Below are positions 22,294-30,822 of a stretch of 64,000 bases of DNA, one piece after another. The notes under the pieces are model-generated. The model was not told where the DNA came from. It did no database searches and was given only the letters and a program-made list of their open reading frames with translations. Origin of the DNA: an uncultured Pelagibacteraceae bacterium (lineage in GTDB: Bacteria; Pseudomonadota; Alphaproteobacteria; Pelagibacterales; Pelagibacteraceae); contig CACCHS010000002.1 of assembly GCA_902545825.1 (NCBI GenBank), positions 334 to 64,333 on the forward strand. The letters run 5' to 3'. How positions within the stretch are numbered: the first letter of the stretch is position 1; the number at the start of each line of letters is the position of its first letter. The translations under genes and the position numbers were made by a program.

Positions 22294-23028
22294 TTAATGG
22301 TGTAAATTTAATGCATCATTTAAATATATGCATGTTAAAATTGCAAAAACATAAGCCTGAAGAAAAGCGACCAATATCTCCAAACCTGTTAAGGCAACCG
22401 AAAAACTTAGTGGAAGCCAACCACCAACTATTCCAAGGCTTATTACGAAACTTCCAAAAACCTTCATCATTGTATGACCAGCCATCATATTTGCAAACAA
22501 ACGAACCGATAAGCTTATAGGCCTGCTAAGATATGATATAATTTCAATAACTACTATTAATGGCAAAAGAACTAATGGGACTCCACTCGGTACAAACAGT
22601 TTTAAATATCCAAAGCCGTGTTTCATAAATCCAATTACAGTGACCCCAATAAAAATTAATGCTGCAAGAAAAAAAGTTACGATTATATGGCTCGTTACAG
22701 TGAACGAGTATGGTAACATACCAAACATATTACAAAAAAGAACGAACATAAATAAAGAGAATATTAGGTTAAAATACGGTTTTCCTTTATTGCCAGCAGT
22801 ATCACTTATCATTTTTGATATAAAACTATAACTAAGCTCTGCAAGAAGTTGAATTTTGGTTGGAATAATATTTTTTTTTGAGGAGCCTAAATTAAAAACT
22901 AATAATATACTCAAAGCACTTATAATCATAAACAAGCTAGCGTTAGTAAAAGATATATCTATTTGATTGATTTTTATTTCAGGTCCAATTCGATAAACCT
23001 CGAATTGTGTCATTGGATTTGCTGCCAT
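22294..23028 (-). CDS. atpB: F0F1 ATP synthase subunit a
   Basis: RPISLSVRLFANMMAGH, LQAYVF. Confidence 0.98.
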   Translation of the reverse strand: MAANPMTQFEVYRIGPEIKINQIDISFTNASLFMIISALSILLVFNLGSSKKNIIPTKIQLLAELSYSFISKMISDTAGNKGKPYFNLIFSLFMFVLFCNMFGMLPYSFTVTSHIIVTFFLAALIFIGVTVIGFMKHGFGYLKLFVPSGVPLVLLPLIVVIEIISYLSRPISLSVRLFANMMAGHTMMKVFGSFVISLGIVGGWLPLSFSVALTGLEILVAFLQAYVFAILTCIYLNDALNLHH

Positions 23029-23032
23029 AAGT

Positions 23033-23311
23033 TTACTCTATTTGCATTTTTTTTGCAGATTTTATCACGTTCATAATTCCCGCCACAACACCAACAAAAA
23101 AAAATATTAAAATTAACCATGGTTTAGTACCAAACCAATTGTCAAAAATAAACCCAATAATAGTCCCTACTGCTACTGCGGCCACAAATTCGGTGCTCAT
23201 TTTAAAAGCCATTCCTAAAACTGAGGATTTATTTCCAGTGTTTTCGTTATTTTTTCCAGATATTTTATTTTTTGCAATTTTAAGGCGAGTTTTAAATTTT
23301 TTATCAGACAT
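23033..23311 (-). CDS. atpI: AtpZ/AtpI family protein
   Basis: EFVAAV..G..IG..FDNWFGTKPW; first gene of the F0 cluster. Confidence 0.9.
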   Translation of the reverse strand: MSDKKFKTRLKIAKNKISGKNNENTGNKSSVLGMAFKMSTEFVAAVAVGTIIGFIFDNWFGTKPWLILIFFFVGVVAGIMNVIKSAKKMQIE

Positions 23312-23320
23312 TTTTCTTGA

Positions 23321-25894
23321 TCAAGCAACCATACTCTCTGCTTTTTGAAGATCAACAGCAACTAACTGACTTATTCCTTTTTCAGGCATAGTAACTCCAT
23401 ACAACTTATTCATCTTTGACATTGTTAATGCATGGTGTGTTACTATTATAAACCTTGTCTGAGTTATTTTTGTTAATTCATCTAATAAATTACAGAACCT
23501 TGTTACATTGGCATCATCAAGTGGAGCATCAACCTCGTCCAAGACACATATAGGTGAAGGGTTAGATAAAAAAACTGCGAATATTAGAGATAGTGCGGTC
23601 AATGCTTGCTCACCTCCAGATAAAAGTGTTATCGATTGAAGCCTTTTTCCAGGAGGACTAACTAGCATTTCCAAACCTGCATCTAACGGATCATCAGAGT
23701 CTACAAGCTCGAGCTTCGCGTTACCTCCATTAAAAAGTTTTGTGTAAACTTCATTAAATTTTCTATTCACTCTCTCAAATGCCTCAAGAAGTCGTTCTCG
23801 ACCTTTTTGATTAAGTTCATTTATGCTTTCTTTCAGTTTTGTAATTGCTTGAACAAGGTCCTGTCTATCTGTTTCCATTTTTATAATTTCAGTCTCATAT
23901 TTTGTTGTTTCCTCATCTGCTCTTAAATTTACTGATCCAAGTTTTTCCCTTTCCCGTTTTTTTTCATCGAGCATTTCTTCCTGAGAAACGGCATCAGGAA
24001 ATTCTTCCTCTTTATCTAAATTAGAGTATTCAAGAATATTATTTTCGTTTAAGTTTAGCTCAGTATCTATTCTTTCTAATAAATCATTTCTTCTTTTATT
24101 TAGTCCTTCAATTGTTGCACCAGAACTTGCTTTTCTTTCTCTTATTTCAATTGAGCTTTCTTTAATTTTATCCAATTCCTCCCTGAGATTATTTATTTTT
24201 TCATCAATTTCATCAATTAAAGTTTCATTCTCATTTTTTTCATTTTCGGATAATCTTAGATTTTCAGAAATTTGTCCCTTTTTTTCCGCTTGCGATTGAG
24301 GTTGTTTTTCTAGTTCAGTAAATTTAGAAATTAATTTATTTTTTCTCTCCCTTAATTCTTGAACCATTTTTTCAGAATTTTTTAAAAGATTTCTCCAGCT
24401 ATCAATTTCTTTATCGATAGTTTTAACTCTTTCACTTCTCTTGATAGATTCTTTTTTAAGATTTTGATTTTTACTATAAATATCCGCGTAAACTTCTTGA
24501 AGTTTTTTTATTGTTTCGTTTTTTGAGCTTATATCTGATATTTTTTTATGGTCGTCATTTTCATTAATAGTTTGTACTAGAAAATTTAAAGTTGTTTTGC
24601 ATGTATCAAGCAAAACTAATGCTTCTGTACTATTCTTAGAGTTTAGTAATTGAATAATTTTATCAATATTAGATTTTATCTCATTTATCGTATGAAGATT
24701 TTTTTTTAAACTTTGAGAACTAAAATTCTTTAAAAGAATATCGACTTTTTCTTGCTCAGTCTTTAGATCGCTTTTGGCGACTTCTAGGTCAGCATTAGAT
24801 TGCTTTTCAGTATCATAATATTTTGAGTCAATGTCGATTAATTCTTGCTTTTCCTCTTTGAGTCTTTTTTCATTTGAATTAGCATCAATAATTATACTTT
24901 TTTCTCTATCTGTATCTTCCTCAATAGTTTTTAGAGAACTTTTAATATTTTCTATTTCTTTTTCAATTCTGTCATTCTCATCATCCAAGCTTTTAAGCTC
25001 CAAGTTAAGTCTTTGAACTTTTGACAAAATCTCGTAATTTTTATCTCTTACTGGATTAACTCTAATAGTTTCTTCTTGAATTTTATTTTCTAATTCACTT
25101 ATTTTATCATTAAACTTTTGTACTTCACTATCTGCTTCTTCATTGATTTCATTTTCTAGTTTTATTTCATGATCAATATCCTTTAGTCTTAAATAATATA
25201 GTCCGGCTTCAATCTTTTTAATTTCTTCAGATATAGTTTTATATTTTGTGGCTTCCTCAGCTTGCTTTTTAAGATTAAGTAATTGTCGTTCTTGCTGCCT
25301 TCTTAGTTCATCTGCACGTTTTAAATTATTTTCTGCTGCACCAAGTCTTAATTCTGCTTCATGTCTTCGCACATGAAGACCCGCTATACCTGCTGCTTCC
25401 TCTAAAACTGCTCGTCTATCAGTTGGCTTTGCAGTTACTAAAGCCCCAATTCTGCCTTGGCTAATAATTGAGGGAGAATGCGCACCTGTGGACAGATCTG
25501 CAAAAAACATTTGGGCATCTTTTGCTCTTACCTCCTTACCATTAATATAAAACTTTGATCCCTTATCTTTCTCTATTTTTCTTCTAATTTCTATATTTTC
25601 TAAATTTTTATATTGTATTGGACCATCTTTGTTTTCGTTTGAAATATTAATTGTAACTTCTGCAATATTCTTTGATGGTTTATTTGATGTTCCAGAAAAA
25701 ATTACGTCCTCCATACCTGATCCCCTCATACTTTTTGCTGAGGTTTCACCCATACACCATCTTAATGACTCAACGATATTAGATTTTCCACATCCGTTTG
25801 GCCCCACAATTCCAGTTAAACCATCTTCAATAATAAAGGTTGTTTTTTCAGCAAACGATTTAAAACCATTTAATTGAATTTTTTTAAACTCCAT
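23321..25894 (-). CDS. smc: Chromosome segregation protein SMC, unusually short (857 aa)
   Basis: GFKSF, Walker A GPNGCGKSN, Q-loop ISQG, LGSVNL, signature LLSGGE, Walker B LDEVDAPLD, VTH; dciA-dsbA-smc synteny. Confidence 0.93.
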   Translation of the reverse strand: MEFKKIQLNGFKSFAEKTTFIIEDGLTGIVGPNGCGKSNIVESLRWCMGETSAKSMRGSGMEDVIFSGTSNKPSKNIAEVTINISNENKDGPIQYKNLENIEIRRKIEKDKGSKFYINGKEVRAKDAQMFFADLSTGAHSPSIISQGRIGALVTAKPTDRRAVLEEAAGIAGLHVRRHEAELRLGAAENNLKRADELRRQQERQLLNLKKQAEEATKYKTISEEIKKIEAGLYYLRLKDIDHEIKLENEINEEADSEVQKFNDKISELENKIQEETIRVNPVRDKNYEILSKVQRLNLELKSLDDENDRIEKEIENIKSSLKTIEEDTDREKSIIIDANSNEKRLKEEKQELIDIDSKYYDTEKQSNADLEVAKSDLKTEQEKVDILLKNFSSQSLKKNLHTINEIKSNIDKIIQLLNSKNSTEALVLLDTCKTTLNFLVQTINENDDHKKISDISSKNETIKKLQEVYADIYSKNQNLKKESIKRSERVKTIDKEIDSWRNLLKNSEKMVQELRERKNKLISKFTELEKQPQSQAEKKGQISENLRLSENEKNENETLIDEIDEKINNLREELDKIKESSIEIRERKASSGATIEGLNKRRNDLLERIDTELNLNENNILEYSNLDKEEEFPDAVSQEEMLDEKKREREKLGSVNLRADEETTKYETEIIKMETDRQDLVQAITKLKESINELNQKGRERLLEAFERVNRKFNEVYTKLFNGGNAKLELVDSDDPLDAGLEMLVSPPGKRLQSITLLSGGEQALTALSLIFAVFLSNPSPICVLDEVDAPLDDANVTRFCNLLDELTKITQTRFIIVTHHALTMSKMNKLYGVTMPEKGISQLVAVDLQKAESMVA

Positions 25895-25901
25895 TAAATG
25901 C

Positions 25902-26480
25902 TTATATCATTTTTTGTAAGTATTTTTTTAAATTTTTATATGTAAGGCTTTTTTCAAATTTTTCATTATTAATAATAATAGTAGGAGTTGAATTTATTTG
26001 AAATTCCTTAACTCCCTCAATTCGATCTGAAAGAATATGATCTTCCATTTCTTTATTATTCAAACATTTATCAAAATTAATATTAAAATTCTGTTCTTTA
26101 ACTAAATCACGTAAATTTTTATTAAACTCACTTAGATCTTTACCTTTAACCCATTTACTTTGATTAGCATATAAGAAATGAAGAATTTCTGATTTTCCAT
26201 CATTCTTACAATGTGCAATCTTTGCCGCGTTGAAAGCAGCCAAATCAAGTGGAAAATTTCTAAATTCTATTGATACTAACCCACTATCAATAAATTCATT
26301 TTTTAATTTAGGGTAGATATCTTTATGAAAGTTTGCGCAATGACTACAAGTTAGAGACTCGTAAACAATTATTTTTATTTTAGCGTTTAAATCACCTTCA
26401 ACTATTTTTTTTATTTCAGACGAATTAGCAATAGGTGATAAAAATAATATTATTAAAAGATTTAAAATAAATTTTTTCAT
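25902..26480 (-). CDS. dsbA: DsbA-family thiol-disulfide oxidoreductase
   Basis: Signal peptide, YESLTCSHCA, FRNFPLD, STPT. Confidence 0.9.
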   Translation of the reverse strand: MKKFILNLLIILFLSPIANSSEIKKIVEGDLNAKIKIIVYESLTCSHCANFHKDIYPKLKNEFIDSGLVSIEFRNFPLDLAAFNAAKIAHCKNDGKSEILHFLYANQSKWVKGKDLSEFNKNLRDLVKEQNFNINFDKCLNNKEMEDHILSDRIEGVKEFQINSTPTIIINNEKFEKSLTYKNLKKYLQKMI

Positions 26481-26959
26481 ATTTTTTTAAAATATTTACT
26501 CATCTCTAATAAAGAACTTTTAACCTTATCATTTTTAATATTTGATATTTTTTTTGTATACTCACTTTTTGTCACATTTTCTTTATTTTTTATTTTAAAT
26601 TTATCATTTAAGCCCTCAAATGTAATGAGCTTTATATCTTTAAGAATATTTTGTTCAAAATATTTATTTACCTTTTCGACTATTATTTTTTTGGAATATT
26701 CTAGATCTACTTCATGTCCTCTTTTAACCATTATTTCTAAAAGACTTCCTCTGAATTTATTTTCACTTTTAAATGATTTTGGATAACAAATTTTAAATAA
26801 GTCGTTTCCTACAATATGCCTCCAGTTATCTAACAACTCAGAGTATATGCGTCCTTTTTTTTTTAAAATTCCTCTAACTTTTAGTGGCAATGTATCTTTG
26901 AAAGATCTTAATCCTTGAACGGACCTCCTTCGTTGCTTACTATAAGATTTTAATTTCAT
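26477..26959 (-). CDS. dciA: DUF721/DciA-family protein (helicase-operating factor)
   Basis: W..IVG..L...CYP, IVEKVNKYF...LKDIKL; usual position between mutY and dsbA-smc. Confidence 0.75.
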   Translation of the reverse strand: MKLKSYSKQRRRSVQGLRSFKDTLPLKVRGILKKKGRIYSELLDNWRHIVGNDLFKICYPKSFKSENKFRGSLLEIMVKRGHEVDLEYSKKIIVEKVNKYFEQNILKDIKLITFEGLNDKFKIKNKENVTKSEYTKKISNIKNDKVKSSLLEMSKYFKKI

Positions 26960-27940
26960 ATGAAGAAAGATAGCTTATCAAAAAAAATTCTCTATTGGTA
27001 CGATAATAATAAAAGAAAGTTACCCTGGAGATGCCATCTTTCAAAAAAACAAAAAGAATATTTTATAGTCGTTAGTGAGTTTATGTTACAACAAACACAG
27101 GTTAAGACTGTGATTCCTTTCTTTAATAATTTTGTAAGATTAATTCCTAATTTAGAAAAATTAGCAAAAGTAAATAACAAAAGATTAATGAAATGTTGGC
27201 AAGGTCTAGGTTACTATTCAAGAGCCAGAAATCTAAAAAAAACTGCACAAATTATAATTAAGAAGCATAAAGGAAAGATACCGAATAATTTTGAAGATTT
27301 AAAAGCCTTGCCAGGTATTGGTAATTATACTGCTAGCGCAATACTTGCTATTGCATTTAATGAACCATACATACCACTAGATGGAAATATAGAAAGAGTT
27401 TTGAAAAGATATCTATATTTAAAAAAAGAAAGTGAAATTAATAAAGAAAATCTCGCGCAAAAAAAATCTATTTTTGGTAAGTCCAATAGATCTAGTGATT
27501 ATGCACAGGCTCTTATGGAGATAGGCGCGCTTATTTGTAAACCAAGTAATCCTTTATGCAGTCAATGCCCTATCCAAAAAAAATGTAAATCTTATAAAAA
27601 ACAGGATTTTGGATTAACAAAGAAAAATAAAAAAAATGTAAACAAATATTTTATTATAAAAGTTTACAAGAGGGATAAAAAATATCTTCTTATAAAGAAT
27701 ATAAAATTTAATTTTTTAAAGAATCTTAATATATTTCCTATGGAGGAGGTTACTAAACCAAAAAATTTTAATGAAAATCTAAATTTTAAAATTTCGAATA
27801 TGAATATGAATATTAAGATTCAATATAAAAGAAATCATAAGGACTTTCCATCTTCTAATTGGATAGATCAAAAAAAACTTGATAACTATCTGCTGCCAAC
27901 CTTTACAAAAAAAATAGTTCAATATTTAGAGAGCAATTAA
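26960..27940 (+). CDS. mutY: A/G-specific adenine glycosylase
   Basis: RKLPWR, SEFMLQQT, WQGLGYYSRARNL, HhH LPGIGNYT, LDGN, Fe-S CKPSNPLCSQCPIQKKC. Confidence 0.95.
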   Translation: MKKDSLSKKILYWYDNNKRKLPWRCHLSKKQKEYFIVVSEFMLQQTQVKTVIPFFNNFVRLIPNLEKLAKVNNKRLMKCWQGLGYYSRARNLKKTAQIIIKKHKGKIPNNFEDLKALPGIGNYTASAILAIAFNEPYIPLDGNIERVLKRYLYLKKESEINKENLAQKKSIFGKSNRSSDYAQALMEIGALICKPSNPLCSQCPIQKKCKSYKKQDFGLTKKNKKNVNKYFIIKVYKRDKKYLLIKNIKFNFLKNLNIFPMEEVTKPKNFNENLNFKISNMNMNIKIQYKRNHKDFPSSNWIDQKKLDNYLLPTFTKKIVQYLESN

Positions 27941-29082
27941 TGAAAAAAGTTGCAATTATTGGAGCAGGAATTTCAGGATTATTTATTGCAAATCTTTTTA
28001 AAAATAATTCAAATTATGAAATTAAAATTTTTGAAAAAGACAACTCAATTAATTTAGATGAGGGTTATGGAATTCAATTATCAGTCAATAGTATTAGACT
28101 TTTAAATAAAATCGAATTTTATAAATTTCAAAATGATAAAAGGTTTAATCCTGATAAAATAATTTTTTATTCAAATAAAAGCCAGGATAAGTTTTGTGAA
28201 CTATATATTTCTGATTTCAATTCACATAATTGTAAATATACAACACTTAAAAGATCAGATTTAGTAAGTTTCCTAAAAGATAAAATTCAGGATTTAGTAA
28301 AAACTAACCACAGTATTTCAAAGGTAGACCAACAAAATGAAAAGATCCATTTGACTTTTGAAAATAATGAAACTTTTGAGTGCGATTATTTAATAATTTC
28401 AGATGGGGTTTTTTCAAAGAGTAAAAATCTTATTTCAAATAGTAATACCAAACCAAGATATAATAATACTTTAGCTATAAGAGGGATAATCCCTAATTCC
28501 TCAAATATTATTGATAAAAAAAATATTTCCTTATTTTTTGGTTCTGATTTTCACCACGTTATTTATCCACTAAATCCAGATGGTGATTTGAATTTTATAG
28601 CTATTATGAAATACAAGCTTTCAGAGGAAGAACTTAAGAATTATTCATTATTTAATGATAACACTTTTATAAAAAAAGTTTTAAAAAATATACCTCAAGA
28701 AAGTAAGAGATTTTTTGATGAAATTAAACAATTAAGAATATTTCCAGTATTCATAACCGATCACTTTTTTGAAATTAAGAAAAATAATATTTTCTCAATT
28801 GGAGACGCTTTTTTTGCTTTCCCACCATCATTTGCGCAAGGTGCCTCTCAATCGATAGAGGGAGCTTATGAATTATTTAAAAAAATAGAGAGCAATACAG
28901 AAAATAGTTTTTTTGAAGAGAGAGTAAAAAAAATAAAAATGGTGAATAAAAGATCAAAAATCAACCAATTTATATTTCATTTATCTAACCCTCTAACAAT
29001 TTTTTTAAGAAATATTTTTTTGAAAAAATTAGTTAAAAATAAAAAGTTTTTAGAAAATTATCTTGGTAAAATTTACAGATAA
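27940..29082 (+). CDS. Class A FAD-dependent monooxygenase (salicylate hydroxylase-like)
   Basis: IIGAGISG, GYGIQLS, SDGVFS, GDA..AFPPSFAQGASQSIE. Confidence 0.85.
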   Translation: MKKVAIIGAGISGLFIANLFKNNSNYEIKIFEKDNSINLDEGYGIQLSVNSIRLLNKIEFYKFQNDKRFNPDKIIFYSNKSQDKFCELYISDFNSHNCKYTTLKRSDLVSFLKDKIQDLVKTNHSISKVDQQNEKIHLTFENNETFECDYLIISDGVFSKSKNLISNSNTKPRYNNTLAIRGIIPNSSNIIDKKNISLFFGSDFHHVIYPLNPDGDLNFIAIMKYKLSEEELKNYSLFNDNTFIKKVLKNIPQESKRFFDEIKQLRIFPVFITDHFFEIKKNNIFSIGDAFFAFPPSFAQGASQSIEGAYELFKKIESNTENSFFEERVKKIKMVNKRSKINQFIFHLSNPLTIFLRNIFLKKLVKNKKFLENYLGKIYR

Positions 29083-29091
29083 ATTTTGTGA

Positions 29092-30168
29092 TTAAATTTT
29101 GTTTTTTAAAAATCGATCTCTTAAATTATCAATAGGAAAAATAGATCCGTTTCTATTGTAGTGCCAAAATGTCCAACCATTACAACTTTCAGCACCTAAA
29201 ATTGTTGCTGCTACTTTATGGATTGATCCCTCGGTTTGAGCGTGTTTTATACTACCATCGACCATGATTTTTGCGCTAATTTTCTTTTTATTATCAAAAA
29301 TAGTAGTTCCTGGTTTAATTATTCCCAATTCAACTAACGAGCCAAAAGGTATTCTCGGTTTAGATCTATTATTTTGGAGTGTATCTAAATAATCATCTTC
29401 AATAGGTTTCGTCTCACTTAATCTTTGTTCTGCAGCCTTACAGTAATTTTTATCTTTTTCTATGCCAAAATAATTCCTTCCTAATTTTTTTGAAACCGCA
29501 GCTGTTGTTCCAGATCCTAAAAAAGGATCTAAGATATAATCACTTTTATTTGAGGTTGCTAATAAAATTCTGTGCAATAAAGCTTCAGGTTTTTGTGTTG
29601 AGTGTATTTTCCTTCCATTTTTTTTTAATCTTTCATTACCACTACAAATGGGTAAATCCCAATTAGATCTCATTTGAATATCATCATTTAAACATTTTAA
29701 AGACTGATAATTAAAAGTGTATTTTGATTTTTCAGATTTTGAAGCCCAAATCAAAGTTTCATGCGCATTGGTAAAACGTGTGCCTCTAAAGTTTGGCATT
29801 GGATTTTTTTTATTCCATATAACATCATTTAAAATCCAAAAACCTAAGTTTTGAATTGCTGTACCAACTCTGAATATATTATGGTAACTTCCAATCACCC
29901 AAATTGCTCCATTTTTTTTTAAAACTCTTTTACACTCACTAAGCCAAGTATAAGTAAAATCATCGTATGTTTTGAAACTTTCAAATTGATCCCATTTATC
30001 ATTAACAGCATTAACTTTTGATCTATCTGGTCTAGTTAAATTATTTCGTAATTGTAAATTGTAAGGTGGATCTGCAAAAACTAAATCAAAACTTTCGCTT
30101 GGAATTTTTTTTAGTTCTTTAATACTGTTTCCATTAACAATTTTATTTTTTAATTTATTATCGATCAT
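29092..30168 (-). CDS. ccrM: Adenine DNA methyltransferase CcrM (GANTC, beta class)
   Basis: FADPPYNLQL, IGSYHNIFRVG, PMPNFRGTRFTNAHET, HSTQKPE, DPFLGSGTT, C-terminal SIHK...CNGWTFW; downstream of rnhB. Confidence 0.96.
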   Translation of the reverse strand: MIDNKLKNKIVNGNSIKELKKIPSESFDLVFADPPYNLQLRNNLTRPDRSKVNAVNDKWDQFESFKTYDDFTYTWLSECKRVLKKNGAIWVIGSYHNIFRVGTAIQNLGFWILNDVIWNKKNPMPNFRGTRFTNAHETLIWASKSEKSKYTFNYQSLKCLNDDIQMRSNWDLPICSGNERLKKNGRKIHSTQKPEALLHRILLATSNKSDYILDPFLGSGTTAAVSKKLGRNYFGIEKDKNYCKAAEQRLSETKPIEDDYLDTLQNNRSKPRIPFGSLVELGIIKPGTTIFDNKKKISAKIMVDGSIKHAQTEGSIHKVAATILGAESCNGWTFWHYNRNGSIFPIDNLRDRFLKNKI

Positions 30169-30180
30169 TTTTAAAAACTT

Positions 30181-30209
30181 ATTAGACTCTAGGCCAGAGT
30201 CCCCGTCAA
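30181..30209 (-). promoter_or_regulatory. Putative sigma70 promoter of ccrM containing two GANTC sites in an inverted repeat
   Basis: Minus strand TTGACG-GGGACTCTGGCCTAGAG(17 bp)-TCTAAT; GACTC 30185-30189 and GAGTC 30197-30201. Confidence 0.7.
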
Positions 30210-30245
30210 CTTGTGATTGAAATATTTTGAGTTCTTTTGTGGTGG

Positions 30246-30821
30246 TTATTTTTCGAGACTCAATATGTTGTGTATAGGTTTAAATTTTTTTCTATGGTAT
30301 TTCGTAACTCCAAATTTTTTAAGAGCTTGAAGATGGTCTTTTGTTCCGTAGCCAGCGTTTTTGTGCCAGAGGTACTTATGATGTATCTTTGCTAATTTTT
30401 TAATTAATCTATCTCGTGATACTTTTGCAATTATAGATGCAGCAGATATTTCAGGTATCTTTTGGTCACCCTTAATTACGTACTTTAAATTATAACTCCT
30501 CATATCAGGAATTTTGTTACCATCAACTAATATAATTTTTGGTTTTATTTTTAATTTTTTTATAGCTCTTTTCATTGCAAGCAGACTGGCATTCAAAATA
30601 TTATATTTTTCTATTTCCTTTAAGGACGCTGAACCAACTGACCATTTTGAATTTTTCTTAATGTATTTTTCTAAATTTTCACGCTTATTTTTTGATAAAC
30701 TTTTTGAGTCTTTAAGTATTTTCTTATTGATATCATTATTAAGAATCACAGCAGCAGCAAAGACTGGACCGATTAAACTTCCTCTTCCAACTTCATCAAC
30801 ACCAGCTAAAGTTTTTTTCAT
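30246..30821 (-). CDS. rnhB: Ribonuclease HII
   Basis: AGVDEVGRG, DSK, VDGN, KGD, AASIIAKVSRD, GYGT. Confidence 0.97.
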   Translation of the reverse strand: MKKTLAGVDEVGRGSLIGPVFAAAVILNNDINKKILKDSKSLSKNKRENLEKYIKKNSKWSVGSASLKEIEKYNILNASLLAMKRAIKKLKIKPKIILVDGNKIPDMRSYNLKYVIKGDQKIPEISAASIIAKVSRDRLIKKLAKIHHKYLWHKNAGYGTKDHLQALKKFGVTKYHRKKFKPIHNILSLEK

Positions 30822-30822
30822 T

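Noticed and set aside
23321-25894. SMC-like defence ATPase (Wadjet JetC, Lamassu) or RecN/SbcC
   Set aside because: Head sequences and dciA-dsbA-smc synteny match housekeeping Smc; no jetABD, nuclease or effector neighbours.
29092-30168. Restriction-modification or defence system
   Set aside because: Orphan CcrM-type methyltransferase in its usual rnhB context; no endonuclease nearby.
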